A DNA stretch of 26,935 nt, taken from a virus. Taxonomy: Duplodnaviria; Caudoviricetes. Of this stretch, positions 8,975 to 15,997 are shown piece after piece; within the stretch, counting starts at the first letter, position 1; the number at the start of each line of letters is the position of its first letter. Location: IMG/VR virus record IMGVR_UViG_3300044742_000172, positions 1 to 26,935 of that record; one strand, written 5' to 3'. A program made the translations under genes and the position numbers. A model generated the notes under the pieces. That model saw nothing but the letters and a program-made list of their open reading frames with translations. It was not told the DNA's origin and made no database searches.

Positions 8975-9272
8975 GGCGCCTGTCGGGGTCGTTGAGCTTC
9001 AGGAACATGTCCATGTTCTCGACCTGCACTTCCAGCTTCGTGATCGCCGCGAGCGTGCCGGGCGTCACGACTTCGCGGCTGGCGGTGTCGATCGCGTTCG
9101 CGAGCGCACCGACGAGCATGTCGGGCGACCCGTCAGCGACGGCCCGTTCAAGCTCGGCCTTCGCGACCTGCCCCGCCCGCAGGGCGAGCGACGTGCGCTG
9201 CATCACGTCGCCCTTGATGCCCTGCAACACGCGGCGGTTCTCGGTGAGCCTGTCTGCGAGGTCTGCTCTCAC
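8946..9272 (-). CDS. Hypothetical helical protein
   Basis: 108-aa ORF; GTGA-coupled to the upstream gene and overlapping the terS start. Confidence 0.6.
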   Translation of the reverse strand: MRADLADRLTENRRVLQGIKGDVMQRTSLALRAGQVAKAELERAVADGSPDMLVGALANAIDTASREVVTPGTLAAITKLEVQVENMDMFLKLNDPDRRRARPQAEAS

Positions 9273-9628
9273 GCGTCCGGGATCGGGTCAGGCGGCGGCG
9301 CCGGGCCATCGACGTCGAACACCCCGTCGAGCACCTGCACCGCGAGCAGGTGACCCCTCGCGATCGGGCCGATGCCGTTACGGTCAGCGTTCGCCGCACG
9401 CACCTGCGCCTCGCCCCGCAATAGATCACTGATCGACTGATGCGCCTGCGCGATCACACCACGCACAGCCGCCGAATACGTCAGGTCAGGGTCGCCCTTA
9501 TGGTCAGGGTTCGCCTTCATCTTGTCGTACCGCTCGTCAGCCTTCACCCCGAGCGCCGACAGGTCGATCAGCGGGCCATGCTCGATCTCGCCAGCTTCAG
9601 CCTCGTTCAGTTCATCCACATCAGACAC
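9269..9628 (-). CDS. Hypothetical protein, probably the first gene after cos
   Basis: AAGGAG precedes GTG 9628 (VSDVDELNE...); start re-assigned from 9712. Confidence 0.65.
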   Translation of the reverse strand: MSDVDELNEAEAGEIEHGPLIDLSALGVKADERYDKMKANPDHKGDPDLTYSAAVRGVIAQAHQSISDLLRGEAQVRAANADRNGIGPIARGHLLAVQVLDGVFDVDGPAPPPDPIPDA

Positions 9629-9682
9629 CTGTAGCTCCTTCCGATTAGGTGGGCTTTGCGCCCCACGATAGCCCGCCCCGAA

Positions 9683-9762
9683 AATCCGGCCGGATTCTGA
9701 CGGCGCGTCCATCTGGCTGGGGGGCGGTTAGATGTGTTCCTTCAGAGATTTTCCCCTCCCCT
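9683..9762 (-). other. Probable cos (packaging) site region
   Basis: Intergenic between HNH/YegP and the terminase operon. Minus strand reads AGGGGAGGGGAAAATCTCT...ACCGCCCCCCAGCC, resembling HK97-type 3'-cos regions (candidate overhang CGCCCCCCAG, 9717-9726). Perfect palindrome AATCCGGCCGGATT at 9683-9696; strand composition flips here. Confidence 0.55.
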
Positions 9763-9779
9763 CGGTGTGGTCCGAGAAT

Positions 9780-10046
9780 TTATCCGTCGTCCATTTCTGC
9801 GAACGGCGGTTCGGTTGCGTATTGGCGTGGGTCGGTGTCGGGTGGGTCGAACAGGGTGAGTGCGTCGGCTGATTCGTCTTGGATGATTTCTATGGCGTGT
9901 GTGGCGTCTTGCCAGTTGGCGTAGCCTTCGCCTGAGCTGGCGATGATCTTGTTGTTAGGGGATCGGAGGTGCCATCGCCACTCGCCTGCTTTGTCTTTGA
10001 ACAGGCTGAACGTCAGGGGTTGGCGTTCGTGTGGGTCGTCGTCCAT
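9780..10046 (-). CDS. YegP/DUF1508 family protein
   Basis: FSLFKDKAGEWRWHLRSPNNKIIASSGEGY....A..AIE is the family signature; GGAGGAG precedes ATG 10046. Confidence 0.88.
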   Translation of the reverse strand: MDDDPHERQPLTFSLFKDKAGEWRWHLRSPNNKIIASSGEGYANWQDATHAIEIIQDESADALTLFDPPDTDPRQYATEPPFAEMDDG

Positions 10047-10375
10047 GGTCGGCTCCTCCGCTCGTGGGCTGCGTGGTGTGTGGGGCATAGCGTGATGAGG
10101 TTGTCGAGTGAGTAGGGGTCGCCGTCTTGGTGGAGTGGTGTGCGGTGGTGGACGCTGACGTGTGTGCTTGCGCCGCACATGACGCAGCGGTGGCGGTCGC
10201 GGGCGAGGGCGGTGGCTCGGGCTCGGCGCCATGCGGGTGTGCGGTACACGAGGCGCCAGGGTTCATGTGCGAGGCGATCGAGGTCGGTGCGTTGCGTGTG
10301 TGTGCGTTGGCATGTGTCGCATCGTGAGCCCGCACGTATGAGGTTGCCGCAGTCGAGGCATCTGCGTGGTGGCAT
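10013..10375 (-). CDS. HNH endonuclease, HK97 gp74-like terminase cofactor
   Basis: YRTPAWRRAR..ALARD.HRCVMCG....VHH......GD....NLITLCPTHH..H. ATG 10375 overlaps the TET stop (TGATG). Confidence 0.9.
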   Translation of the reverse strand: MPPRRCLDCGNLIRAGSRCDTCQRTHTQRTDLDRLAHEPWRLVYRTPAWRRARATALARDRHRCVMCGASTHVSVHHRTPLHQDGDPYSLDNLITLCPTHHAAHERRSRPWTTTHTNANP

Positions 10376-11268
10376 CAGGTGCGTGCGAACTCGTGCTCGC
10401 GTGCCGTGGTGCGCTTGGCGTCCTCGGTGTCGCGTGACGCGCACGCTGTCATGCCTGTGCGGAAGTAGCAGACGACGCTGATGCGTTCGGCGTGGCATGT
10501 GCGGCATGGGCCTGGCATGTGGGCGGGTACGTCGGGTACGCCGCACTGGCATCGCATGCGTGTGTTGCCGTGCCACTGATGGGCGTCCATCAGGAGGAGG
10601 TCGCCGTGTCGCATGTCGACGCCTACCCGGTACTCGGGGAACACGAGCCTGAGCCCCGACACCGGCCCTCGTGTGCTGACAGCCAGGCAGCTGAACCCCT
10701 TATCGAGATCGCCTACATCTTTGTGCACACCCGTGGCGTAACTGTTGTTCACGGTGATCGTCGTGAACGGCGTACCGGGGATGATCCAGTCGGGGTGCGT
10801 GCGTGCGCACTCGTCGAGCTGCGCCCTGTAACGATCGGGTACGTGGTCGCTGAACAGGCCGCCTATCTCCTGGAACAGGGGGACTAGCTCGTCGAACCCT
10901 TCGGCGTCCGACGCGTTGAAGGCCGTCAGTCGGCAGTACCTCGCTGGCCCTGCCGGGTCGAGGTACCCGACGATGTTCGACAGCACGTTGATCGCGCGTT
11001 CACGCGAGCCGCGCCTGATGCGTTTCGACCCGCCCGCGTTGCCCCTGTTGTCGGTGCGCATCCGTATCTGGGCGAGCCTGTCGTGCGCCTTGCCGATCGT
11101 GTGGGCGAGCACGCCTGGCAGGTACAGCGCGAGCAGCGGCCCTGCGGGTGAGCGCACCATGCACGCGCGTGTGAGCAGCACGTTGTAGTCGTTGTCGGTG
11201 ACGATCTTCCCGACCTTGCCTTCCATCTCGTCGGGGCTGATCGTGGTGCGCACCCGTACGTCGATCAT
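10375..11268 (-). CDS. TET/JBP-family 2OG-Fe(II) dioxygenase (5-methylpyrimidine hydroxylase)
   Basis: NRG, YCRLT, TPFTTITVN, HxD (HKDVGD), LVFPEY, GDLLLMD, distal His (HGNT), 2OG-binding Arg (ERISVVCYFR); matches phage gp2-type TET/JBP proteins. Confidence 0.92.
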   Translation of the reverse strand: MIDVRVRTTISPDEMEGKVGKIVTDNDYNVLLTRACMVRSPAGPLLALYLPGVLAHTIGKAHDRLAQIRMRTDNRGNAGGSKRIRRGSRERAINVLSNIVGYLDPAGPARYCRLTAFNASDAEGFDELVPLFQEIGGLFSDHVPDRYRAQLDECARTHPDWIIPGTPFTTITVNNSYATGVHKDVGDLDKGFSCLAVSTRGPVSGLRLVFPEYRVGVDMRHGDLLLMDAHQWHGNTRMRCQCGVPDVPAHMPGPCRTCHAERISVVCYFRTGMTACASRDTEDAKRTTAREHEFART

Positions 11269-11465
11269 CAGTTCAGCCTGGCCCGTTCGGCGGCGTCCCT
11301 TTCGATCTCGTGCTGCACCGTGGTCGCGAACACCGTCGCGAGGCGCATCAGCGTCGGCAGCACGTCACGCATGTCGGTGGCTGTGCCTCCTACCTCGAGC
11401 AGCATCTTGTCGTCCTCGTCGGGGTCGAGCAGCAGCACCTTCAGCTTCAGTTCTGGTGTGAGCAT
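11268..11465 (-). CDS. Hypothetical protein, 65 aa
   Basis: Fills the gap between the glycosyltransferase and TET genes; TGATG overlap with the TET start. Confidence 0.55.
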   Translation of the reverse strand: MLTPELKLKVLLLDPDEDDKMLLEVGGTATDMRDVLPTLMRLATVFATTVQHEIERDAAERARLN

Positions 11466-11469
11466 GCGT

Positions 11470-12213
11470 TCATAGTGGCAGGCCCGCTGACGCGCGCGGC
11501 AGACGCAGCAGTACCTCGCCTGGCCGTCGCGGGTTCGGCCTGACGTATTTCGGGTACCGGCCGATCAGCGTGCGGTTGGCCTGCTCGACAAGGGCCGGGG
11601 TGCGGTACAGGTTGCAGCCGCCGGGGTTCGTGGCGTAGGCGAACTCGGGCAGTACCAGGTTCAGGCGGCACACTCCCCCGTACGTCATCCACTGACGGAT
11701 CGTGTAGTCGTAGTCGGCCTTCAGGGGCATGCTCGGGTCGAACGTCAGGCAGTTCGGCTTCACGGCGATGCAGGCTGACGGCACGAACAGGTGCGACGAA
11801 ACGGGCTTCGCCTCGTTCGAGAAGAACGGGTTCGACGTCGGTGCTACGCCGCCGAGCTTGAAGTCCGACAGGGCGACCGTCTCTAGGAGCTCCTGTATCG
11901 CGACGTCGGCGGTGGTGTCGATCGCCTGGCCGCCGAGCACGAGCCTGAATTTGCGTAGGTCGTCGTCGAGCTGCACCGTCGTCAGGTCGCGTTCGGTGCC
12001 CTCGCTGATCGCGACGTTTCGGCAGGCGGGGAACGGTTCGGTGACGGGCTCGACGCGGCTTCGCGTGGCGGCGTTCATGTACGCGGCCAGCTCGTCGAGC
12101 GGCACGTACCAGGTGGCTGGCCCGATCTTCTCCTCCATGACAGGAACGTTCTGTGGGCGGCCTGCTGACACGACCGTCAGCCAGCAATGCTCGGTGCCGT
12201 AGGCGCGTATCAC
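11470..12213 (-). CDS. TET/JBP-associated glycosyltransferase (TAGT/GREB1-like, GT-A fold)
   Basis: VVSAGRP, RN, QLDDDL (DxD), LKADYDYT....YGGVCR, NPGGC, L..RYP. GTG 12213 overlaps the upstream TGA; start re-assigned from 12465. Confidence 0.82.
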   Translation of the reverse strand: MIRAYGTEHCWLTVVSAGRPQNVPVMEEKIGPATWYVPLDELAAYMNAATRSRVEPVTEPFPACRNVAISEGTERDLTTVQLDDDLRKFRLVLGGQAIDTTADVAIQELLETVALSDFKLGGVAPTSNPFFSNEAKPVSSHLFVPSACIAVKPNCLTFDPSMPLKADYDYTIRQWMTYGGVCRLNLVLPEFAYATNPGGCNLYRTPALVEQANRTLIGRYPKYVRPNPRRPGEVLLRLPRASAGLPL

Positions 12214-12713
12214 GCCGCAATGCCGCGTAGCGTTTCGATGTGTAGGAGCTGTTGCTTGCGTACGCCCCATCGGCAGCGGCCGCCGCGTAGCTTGCCGTGC
12301 TGCGGCTCGCCTTCTTGTTTGGCGGCGGCCCCGAACGTCCATCCGACCAGCAGGTAGTCGTTCGGGCCTGTCGGTATGACGTGCACGTACGCGTGGTCGT
12401 CGGGGTCTTGCTCGTGCACGTACAGCTTCAGCTTGTCCCAGTGGACGTCGCCGATGATGCGGCATCTGACCTGCACGTTCGTGCCGACGTCGGCGGACGA
12501 CCTGCGGCCGTGCAGGCCAGTCCAGGGCAGGCCGAAGTACACAGCGACGGCCAGCTCGGCCCCGGCGGCGTGCCGTTCGCGATCGAGGTCGGGCACCATC
12601 CCCACGATCCGGTTCTGCGATCCGTAGTCGACGACCTGGTCGTACCGTTTCTGGCCTTCGCGGTCGCGGGCTTCGGCCTGCTCAGCCGTCAGCCTGATTT
12701 TCGCCATCGCCAT
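12210..12713 (-). CDS. PD-(D/E)xK restriction-endonuclease-fold protein (putative)
   Basis: GAELAVA helix (E), ADV (D), VQVR at the (D/E)xK position, later LVGW; AAAGGA precedes the start. Confidence 0.6.
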   Translation of the reverse strand: MAMAKIRLTAEQAEARDREGQKRYDQVVDYGSQNRIVGMVPDLDRERHAAGAELAVAVYFGLPWTGLHGRRSSADVGTNVQVRCRIIGDVHWDKLKLYVHEQDPDDHAYVHVIPTGPNDYLLVGWTFGAAAKQEGEPQHGKLRGGRCRWGVRKQQLLHIETLRGIAA

Positions 12714-13386
12714 GCTGTCCTTTCTGCCATTCCCGCCGGACGGCTTCGACGATCGTGTCGGTGATACCGGCGGTGCCGTACACGCTCGCGAGCGCGCGTA
12801 TCTGGTCGCCGAACTCGCGGTGCAGGTCGGCGGTCATCACCATCTGCACTTCGCGCATCGGCACCCTGGCGGCGTTCGTGTCGTCGAACCCCGCTTGCCG
12901 TTTCGCCAGTTCCTCGTCGGTTTCTGCGTAGCCGCCGTCGAACTGTTCTTTGGCGGTCGTCGTGAGCTTGTCGAGCTGCGCGAGCAGGTCGTCGACCTGG
13001 TCGGCCGTGTAGCCGGTACCGGCGAGCTGGCCACGGTCGGCCATGTCGGCGAGGGTGTCGGCCAGCACGGTGTCGTCGTACTCACCGAGGTCGCCCCACC
13101 TGTTGTCCGCGATCAGGTACGCCTGCGCTTCGTCATCGGAGCCGGTGAACACCGTCACCGCGATCTGCTCCCACCGTAGTACCTCGGTCGCGGCCCTATA
13201 GGTGTGATTGCCCGCGACGATCACGCCCTCCGATGTGACGACGATCGGCCTGACCTGGCCGAACCTGTTCAGCGACGTGGCGATACCCGCGACGTCGCCC
13301 CGTCGCGGGTTCGTCGGGTGCACAGTCAGGCTGGCCGTGTCAGCAAGCTGCTCGGCCAGGTCAGGGTTGCCGTGCCAGTCAGCCAA
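12682..13386 (-). CDS. ParB/Srx N-terminal domain protein, modification-associated, with no fused methylase
   Basis: HPTNPRRGDV..IA.SL..FGQ..PIVV....IVAGNHT..AA, EA.AYLIADNR, GTGY..D.VDDLL; TTG start. Confidence 0.9.
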   Translation of the reverse strand: MADWHGNPDLAEQLADTASLTVHPTNPRRGDVAGIATSLNRFGQVRPIVVTSEGVIVAGNHTYRAATEVLRWEQIAVTVFTGSDDEAQAYLIADNRWGDLGEYDDTVLADTLADMADRGQLAGTGYTADQVDDLLAQLDKLTTTAKEQFDGGYAETDEELAKRQAGFDDTNAARVPMREVQMVMTADLHREFGDQIRALASVYGTAGITDTIVEAVRREWQKGQHGDGENQADG

Positions 13387-14182
13387 GGTCAGTGACGGCC
13401 TTCGCGATCTTCGTCTGTAGCGCCTTCACGGCCGCGAGGGCGGCGTCGCGTTCGGCGATCACCGAGGCGCACGGGTCGGTCGTCGGTGGCGGCGGCGGCG
13501 GCGCCGGTGGCGTGACCGTGCCAGGCCATTGCGCCTTCGGCCTGAACGGCAGCTCCTTGAACACGACACCGAGGTTGCGGGCGTAGTCGATCACTTGCTG
13601 TGACGGGGTCGTGCCGTAGTTGACGCCGAACACGAAATTGGTGGTCTTGTTGCGGAGCGTCCCGAGGTAGGGTTGCGCGCCGTCGAACAGGTTGTTCTCG
13701 TACAGGTGATTCGTCATCGACCCGGCCGTGTCGTTCCACTGGATGGCGTCATCCCTTGACGGGTTCGTCGGCGGCATGAAATGGCAGCCGCGGACGATCA
13801 CGTTTTTCGCGTTGCCGGGTATCTCCCATCCCGTGAAGAACAGGTCGGCGGTGTTCCCGAAGATACGCTCGAATTTGCAGCCCTCGATCACGATGCCGTC
13901 GACGTTCGATATGTACAGCGCCTCATGGTGCTGCGACGGGTCGTTGATCGTCATGTCATGGAAATAGATGTTCCTGATCGTGATGTTTTTCGATGGCGGC
14001 TTGCCTGCGTAGCTGCCGACGAGGCAGGCGTCGCCTTTGTTGTTGCCGTACACGGCGCCTTCCTCGACAACGATGTTCTCGCAGGCGCGCAGCCCGAACA
14101 CGCCGCCGTTTATGTCGAGGTTCCTGTATTTCGTGTCCTTGATACCCGTGACCCAAAAGCCGCTTGTCACTGGATCAGGCAT
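13379..14182 (-). CDS. Right-handed beta-helix (pectate-lyase-like) protein with Pro linker and helical tail
   Basis: Repeating NITIRNIYFHD, GIVIEGCKFE, NVIVRGCHF, YENNLF turns; PPAPPPPPP then TDPC..AERDA; AAGGAGG RBS. Confidence 0.8.
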   Translation of the reverse strand: MPDPVTSGFWVTGIKDTKYRNLDINGGVFGLRACENIVVEEGAVYGNNKGDACLVGSYAGKPPSKNITIRNIYFHDMTINDPSQHHEALYISNVDGIVIEGCKFERIFGNTADLFFTGWEIPGNAKNVIVRGCHFMPPTNPSRDDAIQWNDTAGSMTNHLYENNLFDGAQPYLGTLRNKTTNFVFGVNYGTTPSQQVIDYARNLGVVFKELPFRPKAQWPGTVTPPAPPPPPPTTDPCASVIAERDAALAAVKALQTKIAKAVTDLG

Positions 14183-14212
14183 AGCTGTACCTCCTTGTTA
14201 GGGCTGCGTCGA

Positions 14213-14449
14213 TCACAGCCTGGCCATCCTTATCTCCCTGACTTCGACGATGACCGTGCGGCATGTGCACTCGACCATCGACTTGCAGCCGCACACGCAC
14301 GCGCAGTCGTCGTCGTGCTTCACGTTCAGCCGGTACACGCCGGGCTCGTCGGCCAGGTCTGACGCGATCGCGTTCAGTATGTGCTGGCGGCCCTCGCCGG
14401 TGACCGTCTCGAGGAACGAGATCTCGACTGTGTAGTCGGGCTCCTTCAT
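14213..14449 (-). CDS. Small Cys-rich putative metal-binding protein
   Basis: HDDDCACVCGC....CTC; ATGA-coupled to the RHH gene. Confidence 0.6.
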   Translation of the reverse strand: MKEPDYTVEISFLETVTGEGRQHILNAIASDLADEPGVYRLNVKHDDDCACVCGCKSMVECTCRTVIVEVREIRMARL

Positions 14450-14634
14450 GCGCCGCGCCTCGCGGCCTGCGTTATTTCGCGCTCGACCTTCGTGTGCGTC
14501 ATGTACGACTCAAGGGCTTCGCGTATCAAGTCGGCCATCGGCCTGTCCTGCCTGACCGACTCCATCCGGTACCAGCGGTGCGTGCGCTGACTGACGTACA
14601 CGCTGACCTGCCTGCGCGGGCTCGGGTTAGCCAT
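14446..14634 (-). CDS. Ribbon-helix-helix (CopG/Arc-like) DNA-binding protein
   Basis: RQVSVYVS strand, helix, then PMADLIREALESY. Confidence 0.8.
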   Translation of the reverse strand: MANPSPRRQVSVYVSQRTHRWYRMESVRQDRPMADLIREALESYMTHTKVEREITQAARRGA

Positions 14635-15730
14635 GCGCCTGTTCGCAGCTCGCGAGCGCGGCCTTGGCGGCGTCGAGCGTCGCCTGAGCTGTTTTGACGG
14701 CGTCGCGTTGCGCCAGGCACGGGTCGGTCGGGGTCGGGGTCGGCGGCGGCGTCGGCGCGATCGGTGTCGCGTGCGTCCAGCCTGTCCACGACATTTCCTT
14801 GCCGTCGTCGGTGCCGTCGCCCGTCTTGATCTTCGTGTACCCGAGCTGGTTGTACACGTACGGGATCCAGCCGTCGTCGCCGTCGAACTTGCAGGCGGCC
14901 TTGCCGTCGACGGTGCCGGTGTACCACTCGACGGCCCGCTTGATCGCGCTATCGCTGGCGGCGGTCAGGTTCACGCCGCCGTTACGGCTGAGCGCCCATA
15001 TCGCGGCGACGATCGAGCCGATGGCCGACCTGACGTAGTTCTCGCATGGCGGCGGCCAGGTGAACCCCCCGGCGCGGCGCTGGTCGTCGGGCAGCACGCC
15101 GCTGACTGACTTGCCCTTGATCGTCGAGCCCGCCAGGTTGATGCCGACGGGGTGAGCGGGGTCGGCCTGCCAGGCTAGGTCGCCGTAGTCGAACCCGGCG
15201 TACGCGGTGCGGTTACCGAGCCAGCCTGTCAGTACCACCATCGCCCTGGCCAGGTCGGCGTTGTCTTTCGCGGCCAGGTCGACGAGCACGCGGCTGATGC
15301 ACGCTGACGTTCCCCAGTTGTTCGGGCGCCGCTCGTGCACCTGCTTGATCGTGCCGTCGCTGAACTTGTAGTCGAGCAGGCCGTGCGCGTACGTGACGAA
15401 CGCGGGGTCGCCGACCAGCTCGGCCGCGACGGTGTACGACCCGAGCTTGCGGCTGACGGCGAGCACCGGCTGATTGCCGCCGATCTGCGAGCCCTTCTCG
15501 GTCCCTGGGAGCTTGCCTAGCTCGGCCTTCACTTTGTCACGCATGCTCGCGTTACCCGCATGCGCGTAGATCAGGGCACCGGCCAGGCAGTTGCCGTTGT
15601 GTTCGTACGACGAGTCACGGATGATCGCCGACCCGTAGTTCGTCTTGTTCGCGGCTGCGAGCACCCGCTGGTAGGCGGCGCCTGACGCGGGCAGCTTGCG
15701 TACGTCGTCGGTGCTCAGCCATGCGGTCAC
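14627..15730 (-). CDS. Alginate-lyase-like alpha-toroid protein with Pro/Thr linker and helical tail
   Basis: RPNNWGTS (compare the NNH motif of PL5), AAELV, GVLPDDQRR...ENY, IKRAVEW; PTPPPTPTP then TDPC.AQRDA; AGGAGG precedes GTG. Confidence 0.65.
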   Translation of the reverse strand: MTAWLSTDDVRKLPASGAAYQRVLAAANKTNYGSAIIRDSSYEHNGNCLAGALIYAHAGNASMRDKVKAELGKLPGTEKGSQIGGNQPVLAVSRKLGSYTVAAELVGDPAFVTYAHGLLDYKFSDGTIKQVHERRPNNWGTSACISRVLVDLAAKDNADLARAMVVLTGWLGNRTAYAGFDYGDLAWQADPAHPVGINLAGSTIKGKSVSGVLPDDQRRAGGFTWPPPCENYVRSAIGSIVAAIWALSRNGGVNLTAASDSAIKRAVEWYTGTVDGKAACKFDGDDGWIPYVYNQLGYTKIKTGDGTDDGKEMSWTGWTHATPIAPTPPPTPTPTDPCLAQRDAVKTAQATLDAAKAALASCEQAHG

Positions 15731-15905
15731 GATATGCCTCCTGTTCGGTAGTCCGGCAGCGTACTAGCGCCGCCGGATGAACTGGCCCTCACGCGTGTGC
15801 GCGCGAGGGCGGGCGCGGGTAGCCCGGCAAGCCGAGCACCCCGCCGATCGGGTCGCGAGCGTGCATATGCGGGCGTGGTGTCGCCACGGGGCACCCCCCA
15901 CAAGG

Positions 15906-15923
15906 CCACCATTCGCCCCGTAC
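15906..15923. repeat. 18-bp direct repeat, copy 1 (CCACCATTCGCCCCGTAC)
   Basis: Exact match to 26369..26386; both copies are intergenic. Confidence 0.85.
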
Positions 15924-15968
15924 GGGCTCGCAATGGCCAGGGTGTAGGCATGGCAGGGGTGGCATGAG

Positions 15969-15997
15969 TTACCCACAGAATGACCTAGTTATCCACA
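15969..15997 (+). promoter_or_regulatory. Two tandem DnaA-box-like sites
   Basis: TTATCCACA (consensus) at 15989-15997 and TTACCCACA at 15969-15977, same orientation, 20 bp apart. Confidence 0.6.

Noticed and set aside
11447-12220. 257-aa Arg-rich alternative-frame ORF over the glycosyltransferase
   Set aside because: Off-frame composition; the GT motifs are in the 11470..12213 frame.
12214-12465. N-terminal extension of the glycosyltransferase, suggesting a fusion or frameshift
   Set aside because: It overlaps the nuclease-like gene; the GTGA coupling at 12210-12213 explains the layout.
12682-13386. Plasmid-type ParABS partition system
   Set aside because: No ParA and no ParB HTH; the motifs match the modification-associated ParB-N type.
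15969-15997. Bacterial oriC
   Set aside because: Only two boxes, no dnaA/dnaN, entirely phage context.
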